In this document: positions 59,882-62,042 of the stretch, piece by piece
Numbering within the stretch: the stretch's first letter is position 1
Layout: the number at the start of each line of letters is the position of its first letter
Sequence record: NZ_CP117297.1
Length of the DNA stretch: 62,042 bases
Source: a plasmid
Reading direction: 5' to 3' (one strand)
Program-made: the position numbers and the translations under genes
The notes under the pieces: model-generated
Databases searched by the model: none
What the model was told of the DNA's origin: nothing
Seen by the model: the letters and a program-made list of their open reading frames with translations, nothing else

Positions 59882-60213
59882 GATATCAATATAAACCACG
59901 AAAATCGTTTGAACGAAACTTAGCTTATCTTGCACAGCTTGATGTAACAATTATTGATGAAGTAAAAGATGCTATTTTTATTCTCCTCGATGGCGACATA
60001 CTTCCCGATGATTTTCATGATCACGAACTAGAAGGAAACTATACTGGCTATCGAGAATTTCATCTTCGTGATACTCCCAAAGGGCAGCAACCAACTGAAA
60101 CAAATGACATTGTAGTTATCTATAAAGTTAACAATCAAGATTTAGTACTCGTTGCCGTTAATATTGGTTCTCATAAAAAATTATTCCATGGGCGTTACCG
60201 CAAGAAGCGTTAA
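59878..60213 (+). CDS. yafQ: YafQ/RelE-superfamily toxin
   Basis: 111 aa. DHELEGNYTGYREFHL .. IGSHKKLF resembles YafQ (HPLxGxWKGxRDxHV .. GTHxxLF). Confidence 0.6.
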   Translation: MRYQYKPRKSFERNLAYLAQLDVTIIDEVKDAIFILLDGDILPDDFHDHELEGNYTGYREFHLRDTPKGQQPTETNDIVVIYKVNNQDLVLVAVNIGSHKKLFHGRYRKKR

Positions 60214-60368
60214 AAGTTGTTGGTTAGGGACTAGCCTTGGCAAAATAGCAAAGTTCTGTAAGGAATTCTTTATTAAGCCGGCTAAAATTGTTATGTTAGT
60301 TATTTAATAAATTGTTTATTTATTTGTCTGCTAACGATATAATTAAACTAGACAAAGGAGGTATCAAG

Positions 60369-61175
60369 ATGAAAATTATTACTTTTACTGCTATCAAGGG
60401 TGGTGTCGGTAAAACAACCTTGACTTTAAATTATGGTGATTGGTTAGCCAAACATGGCAAGAAGGTTCTATTAATCGATTTAGATCATCAGTGTAATTTA
60501 ACAACCGTTTTTGAAAAGACACGACGAAACAATACCATCGCTGAAGCATTTAAAGAAGACGATAATGCTCAAAAAGTAAAAATTGACAGTGTCGGACCAA
60601 ATCTAGATTTAATCGCCGGTTTTATAGACCTAGATGTTTTGGGAAGTTATCTAGAAAATAACAGTAACAAAGAAATGATGTTATTCATGTGGTTTAAAAA
60701 CAACTCCGATTCATTAAACTTAACCGACTATGACTATATCTTAATTGATACACACCCAGATTTTAGTACCATCACTAAAAATGCTATTGCTATCAGTAAT
60801 TACCTTCTTAGTCCCATCACACCCAGTGAGCATGGTTACAATGCTAAGTTTGACCTAGAAACACGACTCGAAAATTTCAGAAAATCACTTTTTGATTATC
60901 GAACTGGCGAAACTTACGTAGACGCAAAACTTTTCTTTATCGTTAATATGATTAGACATAATACAAGTATGTCTCGCGATTTGCTAAAACATATAGAAGG
61001 TGATGAAACAGTCGCAACTATAATTCCAGCAAGAGAGCTCTTTAATAAAGCTACTGCAAGGCACGCTTCGATATTTGAATTAGCCAATCACGATAAATCC
61101 GTTTTAAAGCAAAATCAAAAGTTCATAAAAAAAGCCGATCATCTTTTTCAAGAATTAGCAAGTAAAACCAAGTAA
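60369..61175 (+). CDS. parA: ParA-family partition ATPase
   Basis: Deviant Walker A KGGVGKTT. RBS aaggagg before the MKIITFT start. Confidence 0.85.
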   Translation: MKIITFTAIKGGVGKTTLTLNYGDWLAKHGKKVLLIDLDHQCNLTTVFEKTRRNNTIAEAFKEDDNAQKVKIDSVGPNLDLIAGFIDLDVLGSYLENNSNKEMMLFMWFKNNSDSLNLTDYDYILIDTHPDFSTITKNAIAISNYLLSPITPSEHGYNAKFDLETRLENFRKSLFDYRTGETYVDAKLFFIVNMIRHNTSMSRDLLKHIEGDETVATIIPARELFNKATARHASIFELANHDKSVLKQNQKFIKKADHLFQELASKTK

Positions 61176-61188
61176 GGAGAGTTAGCTT

Positions 61189-61437
61189 ATGAGTTTAGAT
61201 TCATTCAACCATAAAAAAGACGAAGAAATGAGAGAAAGTTACGAAACTACATTGAAAGATAACAAGAATGACGCAGTAGCATTTTTAAAAAATATCAGTC
61301 GAAAAGAAGTAGAGCGTAAGCGATCAGTAACCTTCTCAATTACTGAAAGTCAATTAAAAAAAATGGACACGGCTGCCCGAAAAAACGGATTTAAAAATCG
61401 GTCAGAATTCTTAGCTTCAATCATAGATGCAATTTAA
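61189..61437 (+). CDS. ParG/ParR-like ribbon-helix-helix partition (centromere-binding) protein
   Basis: 82 aa; C-terminal RHH-like ARKNGFKNRSEFLASIIDAI. Immediately downstream of parA. Confidence 0.55.
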   Translation: MSLDSFNHKKDEEMRESYETTLKDNKNDAVAFLKNISRKEVERKRSVTFSITESQLKKMDTAARKNGFKNRSEFLASIIDAI

Positions 61438-61781
61438 TAAATAAATAATTAATAAAACAATTTATTTAATTAACTCGTAATTAGACAAAAGCTTGTAAAG
61501 TGTACCGGACCAAATAAAGTTGCCGGTTAGAAAGCACTATGCTAGACTAAAACTAATTTAACAACCGAATAAAGAGATCAAGCTAAACTAAAAAGATCCC
61601 CAGTTCACGAGGAATCAGGGACCTTTGGTTTAGCAAGTAGCTACACGACAGCTACTTAGATTCAGTCGATTTTAACTTGGCGGTCTAAATCGACTGAACA
61701 TTGTTCTTAATTTGTAGGTTAATTATACCGCAAACCAGTCCCAAAGGACAAGTTAAGGATAGTTAAAAACAAATTGAAGCC

Positions 61782-61826
61782 AATGGACTAAGTAGCTAAC
61801 TGGAGCTATTTAGTCCATTTTTTGTT
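61782..61826 (+). terminator. Intrinsic terminator
   Basis: atggactaa..ttagtccat hairpin followed by tttttt. Confidence 0.5.
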
Positions 61827-62042
61827 GTTAGAAATTAAAAAAGTTGCCGACTGGGCAACTCACAAACAGATACATGTGGACACATATAGACACATGCTGG
61901 TAAATTTACAAAGCCGATCACGTCCAATGTTCGCTTTGTAATTCAGTTAAAGCATACCAGATTTGTATTTTAAAGCAAATCAAATGTTTTAGCAACTCTC
62001 TTTTGAGACAGCATGTGTCAGTCAAGAAAGGGAGTTTTTATT

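Noticed and set aside
1-62042. CRISPR arrays, tRNA/rRNA genes, reverse transcriptase or other defence-island hallmarks
   Set aside because: No regularly spaced short direct repeats, no tRNA-like cloverleaf candidates and no RT (YxDD) motifs were seen on reading. Repeats found are iterons, IS ends or coding repeats.

Overview
The window reads as a complete circular, mosaic ~62 kb plasmid-like replicon from an AT-rich Lactobacillaceae host. A RepA_N-type initiator with internal iteron-like repeats sits at position 1, and the last bases of the window supply a ribosome-binding site for that start codon. The backbone carries divergent mobC-like genes, an RSF1010-like oriT and a MobA/MobL relaxase, a parA/parG partition module at the 3' end, and two serine resolvases. 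The accessory load is heavy. There are four copies of an Fst/Lpt-like type I toxin-antitoxin architecture (a short hydrophobic toxin peptide convergent with a conserved sRNA), one of them an orphan sRNA abutting mazEF. There are many type II TA modules or remnants (mazEF, yefM-yafQ, three DinJ-like antitoxins, a decayed dinJ-yafQ). Two small paralogous proteins with a PDPxKRK..DAL.TY.LDKRQ motif each precede a different toxin-fold gene (a Doc/Fic-like protein and a zeta-toxin-like P-loop kinase). There are two LPXTG adhesins (AgI/II-like and CnaB-repeat) plus an anchor remnant, two MFS exporters, a MarR-ABC(MacB-like) module, an RclA-like disulfide oxidoreductase, tag, and an nrtR-pncB-pncA NAD-salvage module. 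That NAD module is bracketed by two identical IS3-family copies in inverted orientation, each with its own 3-bp target duplication (GAG and ATA). An AT-rich island carries a truncated ThiF/E1-like ORF coupled to an MFS gene, next to a DUF5937-ArsR-like regulator. Most striking is a GC-rich complete type II fatty-acid-synthesis operon (fabZ-fabT-fabH-acpP-fabD-fabG-fabF-accB-fabZ-accC-accD-accA-fabI-birA) with a FabT operator, flanked by directly repeated IS30-family end remnants. Also present are an internally deleted IS256 transposase, UmuC-like N-terminal fragments, and a GC-rich lipoprotein insertion disrupting a dinJ-yafQ locus. All calls come from reading the sequence and ORF track; no database searches were run.
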